This document shows positions 25,282 through 34,277 of a stretch of 64,000 nucleotides of DNA, in pieces. The DNA is from Eubacteriales bacterium. GTDB lineage: Bacteria; Bacillota; Clostridia; Oscillospirales; CAG-272. The stretch's first letter is position 1, and every line of letters begins with the position of its first letter. Location of the stretch: assembly GCA_045531965.1 (NCBI GenBank), contig JAZSFA010000113.1:29962-93961 (forward strand). The letters run 5' to 3'. Under the pieces are notes generated by a model. That model had not been told where the DNA came from. It saw only the letters and a program-made list of their open reading frames with translations, and ran no database searches. The translations under genes and the position numbers were made by a program.

Positions 25282-26586
25282 TTACTCAGCGTACTCAAAC
25301 GTACAATTTCCGATAAGATAATCATACATTTTTACCGCAAACGCCGATTCTCGGAGATAGCTCTCACCGATGTTCTCGAGAATATCCTCCTTGGTCACAT
25401 AACCACCGTAATATTCGATCCAGTATTCGATCTCCTCCTCCAGCTCTTTATCGGTCACCGTCTCGAGACCTTCCCACTCGGCGATGGCATGAACCAACAT
25501 ATCCTTCTTAACCATCAGCTCAGACATTTTTTTGATTTCATCTTCCCAGTTGGCACCCTTTTCAAAGCCCATATAGTAAACCGCAAAGTCACCAATGGTA
25601 GGATACACCTTGGAAAACTCCTCGCCATAGCGAGACTTATAATATTCGTAAGCGGATTGCAGTTCGTTCTTGTAGGAGGTGGCATAATAGTCCAGCTCCA
25701 TCTGAGGCAGATTGGTGCAAACCACCTGTTCGGTCAGATACGTCCAAAGTGCATCCGTCTTGGCAGATTCAATATACTCTGCGTTCTGCTTTTCCAAGTC
25801 CGTTTTGAGATATGCCTCAAATTCCGCAAGGAAAGACGCTTCGGTTGCGTGAACCTTCTCGGACGTATACTTAAAGACGTTTTCTACCAGCTCTCGGTTA
25901 TATTCAGGAAGCGTATACTGCACAGCATATTCCACAACAACATAGAAAATGGCATCTTTACCGCCAAGCTCTTCGTTATATCCCTCGGGGAAGGTCACAT
26001 GAACCTCGGCAGGTTTTTCCTTGGAGGTTTGGTTGGGAACCACACCCACCAAGCCTGCTTCAAAGCCGGGGATAAAAGATCCCGAGCCAAGCCCCAGTCC
26101 GTAGGGGGTCTTGTCGTCCATGTTGGAGCCGCCGTCAAATTCCTTGCCGTCAATCGTGCCCTTATAGTAGATATATGCCGTGTCGCCCATCTTGAGCGCT
26201 TGATCGTATACTTTGGTTTCCCCATTCACAGCTGCGCGCTCCTGGAAGATCAGGTACTGCAAATGAGACTGTACTTCCTCATCGGTAATCAAAAGATCCG
26301 GTGAAAGCTTCAACTTCATCGAAGAATAAATAGACTTATCGAGCGTCACATCCTTGCCAACGTCAGCTTCAAAATAATCGTAACGAGGCATCTGCGTTTC
26401 TTCTTCCTTGGTATCGGCAGTCGTACCGTCGGTTGTACCCGTCGTAGTACCGGCTTCACCCGTTCCCGTTTCGTTAGTGGTCGTATTTTGGGTATCCTTA
26501 GGATCACCCTCGCCGCCGCAGGATGCCAGCACAGCCAAGCTCAGAAGCACGGCGGAAAGAATCAATAAAAGTTTACTTTTTTTCAT
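25282..26586 (-). CDS. FKBP-type peptidyl-prolyl isomerase / trigger-factor-like lipoprotein
   Basis: Start at MKKSKLLLILSAVLLSLAVLASCGG (lipobox). FKBP core GDTAYIYYKGTIDGKEFDGGS...FIPGFEAGLVG, then a trigger-factor-C-like helical domain. Confidence 0.7.
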   Translation of the reverse strand: MKKSKLLLILSAVLLSLAVLASCGGEGDPKDTQNTTTNETGTGEAGTTTGTTDGTTADTKEEETQMPRYDYFEADVGKDVTLDKSIYSSMKLKLSPDLLITDEEVQSHLQYLIFQERAAVNGETKVYDQALKMGDTAYIYYKGTIDGKEFDGGSNMDDKTPYGLGLGSGSFIPGFEAGLVGVVPNQTSKEKPAEVHVTFPEGYNEELGGKDAIFYVVVEYAVQYTLPEYNRELVENVFKYTSEKVHATEASFLAEFEAYLKTDLEKQNAEYIESAKTDALWTYLTEQVVCTNLPQMELDYYATSYKNELQSAYEYYKSRYGEEFSKVYPTIGDFAVYYMGFEKGANWEDEIKKMSELMVKKDMLVHAIAEWEGLETVTDKELEEEIEYWIEYYGGYVTKEDILENIGESYLRESAFAVKMYDYLIGNCTFEYAE

Positions 26587-26823
26587 GTAGATTTCTCCGA
26601 TTTCCTTAAAATACCGATCGCGGATACCTCTGCGCTCGGTTAATAGAACAAAGTATATCATACACTTTTTTGCAAAAAAAATCAAGAGGTTTACTTATAA
26701 ATTCACAGAACATTCAGTTATTTTTCGTTTTTTCTCTCTACCAAGTTCGATTGTTTACAGATCGTTCATACAAGACAGGACACCCCGTGGTATCATTAAA
26801 TATCATATCCCAAGGAGTTTTCC

Positions 26824-27642
26824 ATGCCACAGATCAATCATCTGCATCTCAATGCCGAAAAGATCCGCCCCCATTTACCGAAAGAATTGTTTCTCATGCC
26901 CGTGGAGGTTTTTGACACCATAGATTCCACAAACAGCGAAGCTCGTCGCCGTCTCTCCCAAGGCCTCAAGCCCCCCTTTTTGATGATTGCACTTAGCCAG
27001 ACGCAAGGGAGGGGACGATTGGGGCGCAGCTTCTTTTCACCTCACGGAAGCGGTCTTTACATGACACTGGTGCTTGACTCTCAGGATCAACTCGATCGCC
27101 TGACCGTTGTCACCCCTACCGCCGCCGTTGCTGTAGCGGAGGCAATCGCTGACGTATGCCATAAAGAAGCCAACATCAAATGGGTCAACGATCTGTACCT
27201 GAACCATAAAAAAATCTGTGGCATTCTCACAGAGACCGTCGCTTTTTCAGGTGGCTATCACGTCATGATCGGCATCGGCATCAATTTGACCACAGCCCAT
27301 TTTCCCGAGGGGTTTCGCAACCCCGCAGGCGCTGTTTTTTCAGAGAATGAATCCCCCGCTGACAGTTCCCTGCTATGCGCCCGAATCGTAACAAAGCTGA
27401 TACACTATCTGACCCCCGAAGCATCCAAAGCATGTCTTCCGGCTTACCGAACACGCCTGTGCATGGTAGGGGAACGGGTCATCTGCACCCATCATTTTCC
27501 GGGTGATGGAGAAACAGCGGAGGAAGACGGTATCGAAGGAATCATGCTTGGGGTCGATGACGATTACGGTCTGATCCTGCAACGAAACGACGGTCATATA
27601 GACATCCTTCGAGGCGGAGAGGTATCTGTTAAACGAGTCTAA
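26824..27642 (+). CDS. birA: biotin--[acetyl-CoA-carboxylase] ligase (no HTH domain)
   Basis: QTQGRGRLGRSFFSPHGSGLYMT (the GRGRxGRxW/F motif) and KWVNDLY. Confidence 0.85.
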   Translation: MPQINHLHLNAEKIRPHLPKELFLMPVEVFDTIDSTNSEARRRLSQGLKPPFLMIALSQTQGRGRLGRSFFSPHGSGLYMTLVLDSQDQLDRLTVVTPTAAVAVAEAIADVCHKEANIKWVNDLYLNHKKICGILTETVAFSGGYHVMIGIGINLTTAHFPEGFRNPAGAVFSENESPADSSLLCARIVTKLIHYLTPEASKACLPAYRTRLCMVGERVICTHHFPGDGETAEEDGIEGIMLGVDDDYGLILQRNDGHIDILRGGEVSVKRV

Positions 27643-27653
27643 CAAGGCTTTAC

Positions 27654-27697
27654 AAAAAGAAACGCAACTGTATCCAAACGGTTGCGTTTCTTTTTTT
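27654..27697. terminator. bidirectional terminator between convergent birA and argD
   Basis: AAAAA-GAAACGCAAC-loop-GTTGCGTTTC-TTTTTTT. Confidence 0.75.
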
Positions 27698-27704
27698 GTA
27701 CACG

Positions 27705-28880
27705 TTATTCGGCGCATGCCGCTTTGATGATCTCCACGGCTTCTTTTAAAACTTCCATGGGAATGTTCAGAGCCGGCAGAAGCCTTACCTTGTCCTTGGC
27801 TGTCAGGCACAGCACGCCCTTCTCCATGCAAGATTTGAGCACGTCCCCCGCGGGCTTGACCGTCTTGATGCCGATCATGAGTCCCATGCCGCTGACGGAT
27901 TCCACGCCTTCGGCGTCTTCCAGAGCAGAGAACACATACGCGCTCTTGACACGGACATCAGAAAGAAATGCCTTGTCCAAACGCTCAATGACCGATACAG
28001 CCCCCGCGCAGGCGATGGGGTTACCGCCGAAAGTGGAGCCGTGGTCGCCAAAGCCCAGCACGTTCTGTACCTTTTCGGACATGAGGGTAGCGCCCAAAGG
28101 CAGACCGCCACCCAGACCCTTGGCGGTGGACACCACGTCGGGGGTAATGTCGAAATTCATGTAAGCATACAGTGCGCCGGTGCGTCCGTTGCCCGTCTGC
28201 ACCTCGTCGATGATGAGGATGATATCGTTTGCCTTGGCATACTCAGCCACGGCGGTAACGAACGCTTTGTCCAAGGCGATGACGCCGCCCTCGCCCTGCA
28301 CGCACTCCAGCATGATACCCGCCACCTTGTCGGCACCCACGGTCTCTACGGTGGTCTTGAAAGCCTCGAAATCATTGGCGGGGGTGTGGACAAAGCCGGG
28401 CGTCAACGGCTGGAACAGCTTGTGGAAATGATCCTGTCCCGTGGCGGCAAGGGTGGTCAAAGTACGGCCGTGGAAGGATTTTTCCAGGGTCACGATGGTA
28501 TAGCAATCCTCGCCCTTATGCTCGGTGGCGTACTTTCTCGCCACCTTGATGGCGCACTCGTTGGCCTCGGCACCCGAGTTGGCGAAGAACACCTTGCTCA
28601 TGCCCGTGCGGGTGCAGAGCATCTCGGCCAGCTTGGCGCAAGGCTCGGTGTAGTACAGGTTGGACATATGCTGCACCTTACCCAGTTGGGCAGTTACGGC
28701 GGCGACCCAGTCATCGTCCGCGATGCCCATAGCGGTGACACCGATGCCCGAGCCCATATCGATGTAGCGCTTGCCGCTGTCGTCATAGACCTCGGAGCCC
28801 TTGCCCGAGACGATGGTCACGGGGAAGCGGTTATAGGTATTGGCAACGTATTGCTTGTCGGTGGATTGGATATGACTCAT
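27705..28880 (-). CDS. argD: acetylornithine aminotransferase
   Basis: 391-aa class-III aminotransferase (NSGAEANE, DEVQTG, STFGGNP) in an arg gene neighbourhood. Confidence 0.85.
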   Translation of the reverse strand: MSHIQSTDKQYVANTYNRFPVTIVSGKGSEVYDDSGKRYIDMGSGIGVTAMGIADDDWVAAVTAQLGKVQHMSNLYYTEPCAKLAEMLCTRTGMSKVFFANSGAEANECAIKVARKYATEHKGEDCYTIVTLEKSFHGRTLTTLAATGQDHFHKLFQPLTPGFVHTPANDFEAFKTTVETVGADKVAGIMLECVQGEGGVIALDKAFVTAVAEYAKANDIILIIDEVQTGNGRTGALYAYMNFDITPDVVSTAKGLGGGLPLGATLMSEKVQNVLGFGDHGSTFGGNPIACAGAVSVIERLDKAFLSDVRVKSAYVFSALEDAEGVESVSGMGLMIGIKTVKPAGDVLKSCMEKGVLCLTAKDKVRLLPALNIPMEVLKEAVEIIKAACAE

Positions 28881-28906
28881 TAGATTACCTCTTATCTGTG
28901 GATTCC

Positions 28907-30115
28907 TTAATCATCAGGAAAAGAATTGTTGATCTTTTGCTGATTAATATTGTAATATTTGGGACGGAGAACATACTCACCCGACGCGTTGATCACGCCG
29001 TATTTATCTCCTACCTGCACTATGGCATATCCGTCCCCAAAAAAATTACCTGCCTTGCTGAATTGGGGGTCAATGACTTCTTTACCGGTGCTGTCAACGT
29101 ACCCCCATTCTCCGTCACCCCCATCTTCCTGTACCAATGCCAAACCAAAATCAGAAAACTTGATGGCTTTTGCATAGGTGGGCTGCAGCAGGGTCTCTCC
29201 TTTGGCATCTATGATACCGTACAGCTCTCCCACCTTAAACCAGGTCACGCCGTGGGATGACATGGCGCTGCTCCATTGATACCGGGGCGGGATCACTTCC
29301 TCGCCTTGCTGGTTGATGTAACCAAAGGCGCCGTCCTTCTTCACCAGACCCATGCCGCCACTGATGCTGCCTGCCGCATCGTAAATAAAGTCACAGACCA
29401 CCTTGCCGGAAGCATCAATATAGCCCCAATACTCGCCCTTCTGAACTGCCACGATAGAGCACCCTTCAAAGGAACGAGCCACGTCGTACTGAGGTTCGAT
29501 CACCATCTCGCCCGAGGTGTTGATAAATCCCCAGAGGTCATTCAGTTTAACCCTTGCCAAACCGTTCTCCGAAAAAGCACCTGCGTCCTGAAAGGTTTGA
29601 TCAAAAGCCTTCTTGCCCTGCTTGTTGATAAAAAACGCCTTGTCATCATGCTTGACCAATGCCAGACCGCAGTCCGTAAAGGCATAGCAGGATTCGTATT
29701 GAGGGACAAATAAATATTCACCCTTTTCATTGATTGCGCCGTACAAATCGTTGGCTTTGACATAGGCATAATCTCCACGGAAATCATACGCCAGCTCATA
29801 CCTGTAATCAATCACCAAATCTCCCTTGGTGTTAATATAACCCCACTTGTCTTCCTTCTTCACACGAGCCAGCCCGTTTTCGGTAAAATTATAAGCTTTG
29901 TCAAAGGCAGGTTCAATGACGTATTCACCCTTGGCATTCACAAATCCCCATTCGCCGTCACCGCTGTCCTCTTGCACCGCCAAAAGACCTTGGTTGAAGA
30001 GGATATCCTCCTCTGAGGCACTACCCGAATGCTTTTGATGATTACAGCCTGAAAACAGGGTGACCACGCACATAACAGCCATAAGAAATAGAAAAAATCT
30101 GCTTTTTTTCATCAT
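28907..30115 (-). CDS. WG-repeat (KWG) lipoprotein
   Basis: Signal peptide ending in SGC, then about 10 repeats of the ...KWGYIN/WGFIN..G..VI.P.Y... unit. Confidence 0.8.
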   Translation of the reverse strand: MMKKSRFFLFLMAVMCVVTLFSGCNHQKHSGSASEEDILFNQGLLAVQEDSGDGEWGFVNAKGEYVIEPAFDKAYNFTENGLARVKKEDKWGYINTKGDLVIDYRYELAYDFRGDYAYVKANDLYGAINEKGEYLFVPQYESCYAFTDCGLALVKHDDKAFFINKQGKKAFDQTFQDAGAFSENGLARVKLNDLWGFINTSGEMVIEPQYDVARSFEGCSIVAVQKGEYWGYIDASGKVVCDFIYDAAGSISGGMGLVKKDGAFGYINQQGEEVIPPRYQWSSAMSSHGVTWFKVGELYGIIDAKGETLLQPTYAKAIKFSDFGLALVQEDGGDGEWGYVDSTGKEVIDPQFSKAGNFFGDGYAIVQVGDKYGVINASGEYVLRPKYYNINQQKINNSFPDD

Positions 30116-30284
30116 TTGTTTCTCCTTTTATGGATTAGAGACATTTTGCATAGCCTCCTATCACATCAGACGATGTTTTCGGGGAGAATCTTACAAGATT
30201 TTTAAACAAATTTGAACTTTCAAAAAATGATCTGATCTCTCGATCCTATCCTTCTTTTTGAAAGTTCTTGAAAGGGGGGCCGGG

Positions 30285-30329
30285 GGGGAAAACTTCTTTC
30301 AAGGAACTGCTTGCAGTTCGGTTTTCCCC
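30285..30329 (-). repeat. post-argB hairpin of the arg-locus palindrome family
   Basis: GGGGAAAAC ... GTTTTCCCC arms with an inner GAACTGC-AA-GCAGTTC, 12 nt downstream of the argB stop. Confidence 0.5.
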
Positions 30330-30340
30330 AGCCGTACGCC

Positions 30341-31210
30341 TTATTCCTTATTCCCCACCACCATGGTGCCTGCTCCCTCGTCGGTGAGTAGCTCCATAAG
30401 GATGGCGTGAGGGATACGGCCGTCCATGATGGTGACGGTTTTCACACCCGCGTTGATGGCCTCGATACAGCAGTCCACCTTGGGGATCATGCCGCCCGAG
30501 ATGATGCCTTCCTCGTACAGCTTGCGTGCTTCGGGAACGGTGATACCCGTGATGAGGGTGGAGGGATCGTCCTTGTCTCGGAGAATACCTGCCACGTCGG
30601 TCATCATGATAAGACGGGCGGCGCCCAAAGCGCCTGCGATATAAGCCGCGGCGGTGTCACCGTTGATGTTGTAGACGTTGCCCTGATGGTCGCTTGCCAC
30701 GGTGGACACCACGGGGATGTAGTTCTTTTCCAAAAGGTCGGTGATAGGGCGGGTGCGGATCTTGGTGATCTCACCCACATAGCCCAACCGCTCGTCCTTA
30801 ATACGCGCCTCGATGATGCCGCCGTCCATGCCCGAAAGACCCACGGCATGACCGCCCTTCATCTGGAGCAGGGTGACGAGAGACTTGTTGACCTTGCCCG
30901 CCAGCACCATCTGCACGATGTCCACGGTCTCCTTGTCGGTGACTCTGAGGCCGTCCACAAACTCAGGCTTCTTGCCCAGCTTTTTCATCATATCGCTGAT
31001 TTCGGGGCCGCCACCGTGGACAAGCACCACCTTGACGCCAATGAGCCAAAGCAGGGCGATGTCCTCCATGACCTGCTGCTTCAGCGTCTCGTCGATCATG
31101 GCGTTTCCGCCGTACTTTACCACAACGATCTCGCCATTGTATCTTTTGATGTAAGGCAGCGCCTGGGTCAGCACCTGGGCGCGCTGTGCGTTGGAAAATT
31201 GGTTGTTCAT
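30341..31210 (-). CDS. argB: acetylglutamate kinase
   Basis: Start moved to MNNQFSNAQRAQVL...VVVKYGGNAM (AGGAGA upstream). The ORF-track N-terminal extension is encoded by the palindromic element. Confidence 0.9.
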   Translation of the reverse strand: MNNQFSNAQRAQVLTQALPYIKRYNGEIVVVKYGGNAMIDETLKQQVMEDIALLWLIGVKVVLVHGGGPEISDMMKKLGKKPEFVDGLRVTDKETVDIVQMVLAGKVNKSLVTLLQMKGGHAVGLSGMDGGIIEARIKDERLGYVGEITKIRTRPITDLLEKNYIPVVSTVASDHQGNVYNINGDTAAAYIAGALGAARLIMMTDVAGILRDKDDPSTLITGITVPEARKLYEEGIISGGMIPKVDCCIEAINAGVKTVTIMDGRIPHAILMELLTDEGAGTMVVGNKE

Positions 31211-31230
31211 AGTGTCTCCTGTGGGGGACG

Positions 31231-31263
31231 CCAAGGGAACTTTTTTAAAAAAGTTTCCCTTGG
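31231..31263 (-). repeat. arg-locus palindromic element, copy upstream of the argB RBS
   Basis: CCAAGGGAAC-TTTTTTAAAAAA-GTTTCCCTTGG, flanked by GACG on one side and AACCCTTCAAAAACTTTTAAA on the other. Confidence 0.7.
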
Positions 31264-31360
31264 AACCCTTCAAAAACTTTTAAAACAGAATAATTATTTT
31301 GGACAACAAATGGGTAGAGCACAGTATCTCTACCGTTATGTTATACTTTAAGATTTTTGC

Positions 31361-31386
31361 GGGGGGGCTTTTTTCAAAAGCTCCCC
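31361..31386 (-). repeat. post-argJ hairpin of the same family
   Basis: Minus sense: GGGGAGC-TTTTGAAAAAA-GCCCCCC, 13 nt after the argJ stop. Confidence 0.5.
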
Positions 31387-31398
31387 AAAAACGTGCTC

Positions 31399-32613
31399 TT
31401 ACGTTCTATAATCTCCGTTGATCTTCACGTAATCATAAGTCAGATCACAGCCCCAGGCAGTGGCTGTCACGTCTCCGTCGCCCACCGACACGAGAATCTC
31501 GATCTCGCGCTCAAGCAGGATCTCCTTGGCGATCTCCTCGGAGAATTCCACCCCTGCGCCGTCCTTGCAAACAAGGATCTCGCCCTTTGCGGAACGGAAG
31601 GACACGTCCACGCGGTGAACGTCCACGTCGGCACCGCTGTAGCCGATGGCACACAGCACACGACCCCAGTTGGCATCCGCGCCGAACATGGCGGCTTTGA
31701 GGAGGCTGGAGCAGATGACGCTCTTCGCCACGGTACGGGCGGTTCCCACATCAGCAGCACCGCTGACGGTACATTCCAAGAGTTTGGTGGCACCCTCGCC
31801 GTCTCCCGCAATCATGCGGCAGAGGGCAACGGTAACGGTGTTAAGTGCCTTCATAAAGGTGGCGAAATCCTCACCCTCGGCGGATACGGTTTCGTTGCCT
31901 GCCATACCGTTGGCAAGGACGGTAACCATATCGTTGGTGGAGGTGTCGCCGTCCACGCTAACCATATTGAAGGTGGCGGAGATGTCGGTGGACAGCGCCT
32001 TTTTGAGCATCTCAGGAGTGATAGCAGCATCAGTGGTAATAAATACCAACATGGTTGCCATGTTGGGGTGAATCATGCCGCTACCCTTGGCAATACCGCC
32101 CATGCGACAGGTCTTTCCGCCCAGCTCAAACTCCACAGCCACTTCCTTCTTGACAGTATCGGTGGTCATGATGCCCTCGGCGGCAGCGTCACAGCCGTCG
32201 GCAGACAGCCCTGCCACCAATGCGGGAATACCCGACTTGATGGGTTCGATGGAGAGAGGCTGACCGATGACACCTGTGGAAGCTACCACAACGTCGGAGG
32301 GGATGATGTTCAAAGCAGCACCCAACAGATCGCACATCTCTTCGGCGATCTCAATGCCGTTGGCGTTACAGGTGTTGGCGTTGCCGCTGTTACAGATAAC
32401 CGCCTGTGCCACACCGTTTTCGATATGCTTTTTAGTCACGTCCAAGGGCGCGCCCTTGACGAGATTGGTGGTATAGACCGCCGCACAGGATGCAGGCACC
32501 TCGCTGTAGATCAGCGCCAGATCCTTCTTGGTGCGATTCTTGCGGACGCCGCAATGCACGCCGTTTGCCGTAAATCCTTTCGCGGCGCACACGCCGCCAT
32601 TGATCAGTTTCAT
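31399..32613 (-). CDS. argJ: bifunctional glutamate N-acetyltransferase / amino-acid acetyltransferase
   Basis: Start moved to MKLINGGVCAAKGF (AGGAGG upstream). Autoprocessing-site region GMIHPNMATML. Confidence 0.9.
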   Translation of the reverse strand: MKLINGGVCAAKGFTANGVHCGVRKNRTKKDLALIYSEVPASCAAVYTTNLVKGAPLDVTKKHIENGVAQAVICNSGNANTCNANGIEIAEEMCDLLGAALNIIPSDVVVASTGVIGQPLSIEPIKSGIPALVAGLSADGCDAAAEGIMTTDTVKKEVAVEFELGGKTCRMGGIAKGSGMIHPNMATMLVFITTDAAITPEMLKKALSTDISATFNMVSVDGDTSTNDMVTVLANGMAGNETVSAEGEDFATFMKALNTVTVALCRMIAGDGEGATKLLECTVSGAADVGTARTVAKSVICSSLLKAAMFGADANWGRVLCAIGYSGADVDVHRVDVSFRSAKGEILVCKDGAGVEFSEEIAKEILLEREIEILVSVGDGDVTATAWGCDLTYDYVKINGDYRT

Positions 32614-32633
32614 ATGTCCTCCTTTGGGGCACG

Positions 32634-32687
32634 CCAAGGGCGCCGCCCTTGGAACCCGCTCAAACCCTTTTGCAAAAAGGGTTTGAG
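32634..32687 (-). repeat. arg-locus palindromic element, variant copy upstream of the argJ RBS
   Basis: CCAAGGG-cgccg-CCCTTGG (32634-52) has the same flanks as the argB copy. It is followed by a perfect 13-bp-arm palindrome CTCAAACCCTTTT-gca-AAAAGGGTTTGAG (32659-87). Confidence 0.7.
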
Positions 32688-32772
32688 AATCCCAAAAACT
32701 TTTAAATAATTTATTCCTTGGAAAATTTTTTTGATCCTTCATAATCCTTTGTTAAAGGTTTTTGAAGGGTTT

Positions 32773-32808
32773 CCAAAGGGAAACTTTTTTCAAAAAGTTT
32801 CCCTTTGG
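32773..32808 (+). repeat. arg-locus palindromic element, inverted copy just after the argC stop
   Basis: CCAAAGGGAAAC-TTTTTTCAAAAA-GTTTCCCTTTGG. Its flanks match the argB copy in the opposite orientation. Confidence 0.7.
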
Positions 32809-32816
32809 CGTCCTCC

Positions 32817-33740
32817 TCAAACACACAGCCCCGTGGCCTCGTCCACACCCAGCACGATGTTCATGTTCTGGATGGCAGCGCCCGATGCGCCCTTGCCGAG
32901 GTTATCAAAGCGGGCGACCAGCAGGATGCGGTCGTCGTTGCCCGCGACGGTCACTTGCAGATCGTCTCTACCCGCCATGGCAGAAGCCGAAAGGAAGCCA
33001 CTCTCGGAAGCGTCCTCCGCGTATTTCACAAGCCCCATGGCATAGTAGGACTTATAAAGTGTCTTTACATCCTCCACAGTTCCCTTGAGTTGACTCGCAA
33101 ACAGGGGCACTGTCACCTCCATGCCGCAGGGGAAATCCGCCACGATGGGGCAGAACAGAGGGGCGTTGTCCAAGCCGCAAATCACGCCCATCTCGGGCAG
33201 ATGCTTGTGGGTTTGGGTCAATCCATATTGACGGGGCGCGTCCAGCAGAGGATCACGTCCTTCGGCCTCGTATTCAGCGATCATCTTCTTGCCACCGCCC
33301 GTATAACCCGTGAGGGAGAAGCAAGAAAGTGCTACGGACTTGTCCATCAGCCCGTTTTCCACCAAGGGCGCGATCAAAGACACAAATCCGCTGGCATGAC
33401 AGCCGGGGTTGGCAATACGGGTGGACTTGGCAATGATCTCTCGCCGCCCGCCCAGCTCGGGGAAACCGTATGTCCAGCCGTCGGCGGTGCGGTGGGCGGT
33501 AGAGGTATCAATAATCACCGTATGAGGATCGGTTGTCAGAGCGACTGCCTCTCTTGCGGCGGCATCAGGCAGACACAGAAAAGCGATATCCGCGGCATTC
33601 AATGCCTCTCGGCGGGCGTTTTCGTCCTTGCGAAGCTCGTCGGGGAGAATGATAAGGGACAGATCGGCGCGGTCTGCCAACCGCTCGTGGATACGGAGTC
33701 CCGTAGTACCGGCACTTCCGTCAATAAAAACCTTTTTCAT
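32817..33740 (-). CDS. argC: N-acetyl-gamma-glutamyl-phosphate reductase
   Basis: Start moved to MKKVFIDGSAGTTGLRI (AGGAG upstream). Active-site region NPGCHASG. Confidence 0.9.
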   Translation of the reverse strand: MKKVFIDGSAGTTGLRIHERLADRADLSLIILPDELRKDENARREALNAADIAFLCLPDAAAREAVALTTDPHTVIIDTSTAHRTADGWTYGFPELGGRREIIAKSTRIANPGCHASGFVSLIAPLVENGLMDKSVALSCFSLTGYTGGGKKMIAEYEAEGRDPLLDAPRQYGLTQTHKHLPEMGVICGLDNAPLFCPIVADFPCGMEVTVPLFASQLKGTVEDVKTLYKSYYAMGLVKYAEDASESGFLSASAMAGRDDLQVTVAGNDDRILLVARFDNLGKGASGAAIQNMNIVLGVDEATGLCV

Positions 33741-33803
33741 GGAACTACTCCTGTGCGGGAGCCGACAAATAAACACGCCCCCACTTTATATTCAACAGGG
33801 TAT

Positions 33804-33832
33804 ATTATACACACAACGCCGAAAAATGTCAA
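33804..33832 (-). promoter_or_regulatory. argC operon promoter
   Basis: Minus sense: TTGACA, 17 nt, TATAAT. The palindrome TTCATGcaaaatCATGAA (33841-33858) lies directly upstream. Confidence 0.6.
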
Positions 33833-34198
33833 GCCAATTATTCATGATTTTGCATGAAAATCGCATTTTTGTGCATAGACCCAAATTCCCTACCCTTTGG
33901 CGCATTGCTTTTGGCAATTATCACAATCTGGCGAATTTTCTTTCTCAAGCAACCTGTTTTTTCATCGAATCCGCAACTCGGTTTATGAGGAAATTTTCCT
34001 TTTCAGTAAAAATATCCGCTCACAATGTTGCATATTTATTCGTTTTTCATCCGCAATTTATGCAAGCTTTAGGTTTTTGGGGGTTTCCTGTAAGATTTTC
34101 TCACAAACGTCGTCTTATTTTATGAGTAGCGATGTTCTTGCCTTTTGAAACCACTTATCTTGCCCACCGGCAGGCAAAGCCAAATTCCCTCGACAACC

Positions 34199-34227
34199 TT
34201 GACGAGTCGTCCAATTTATGGTATCAT
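34199..34227 (+). promoter_or_regulatory. promoter of the tandem lipoprotein genes
   Basis: TTGACG, 17 nt, TATCAT, followed by AAAGGAGA RBS and ATG 34278. Confidence 0.5.
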
Positions 34228-34277
34228 ATAGACGTTCGCTTAACCCCACCTTGTTATTCTGAGAAAAGGAGACCCAC

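Noticed and set aside
30341-33776. N-terminal extensions of argB (to 31273), argJ (to 32742) and argC (to 33776) in the ORF track.
   Set aside because: The extensions are encoded by the intergenic palindromic elements or lack an RBS. Internal ATGs with AGGAG-type RBS give canonical ArgB/ArgJ/ArgC N-termini.
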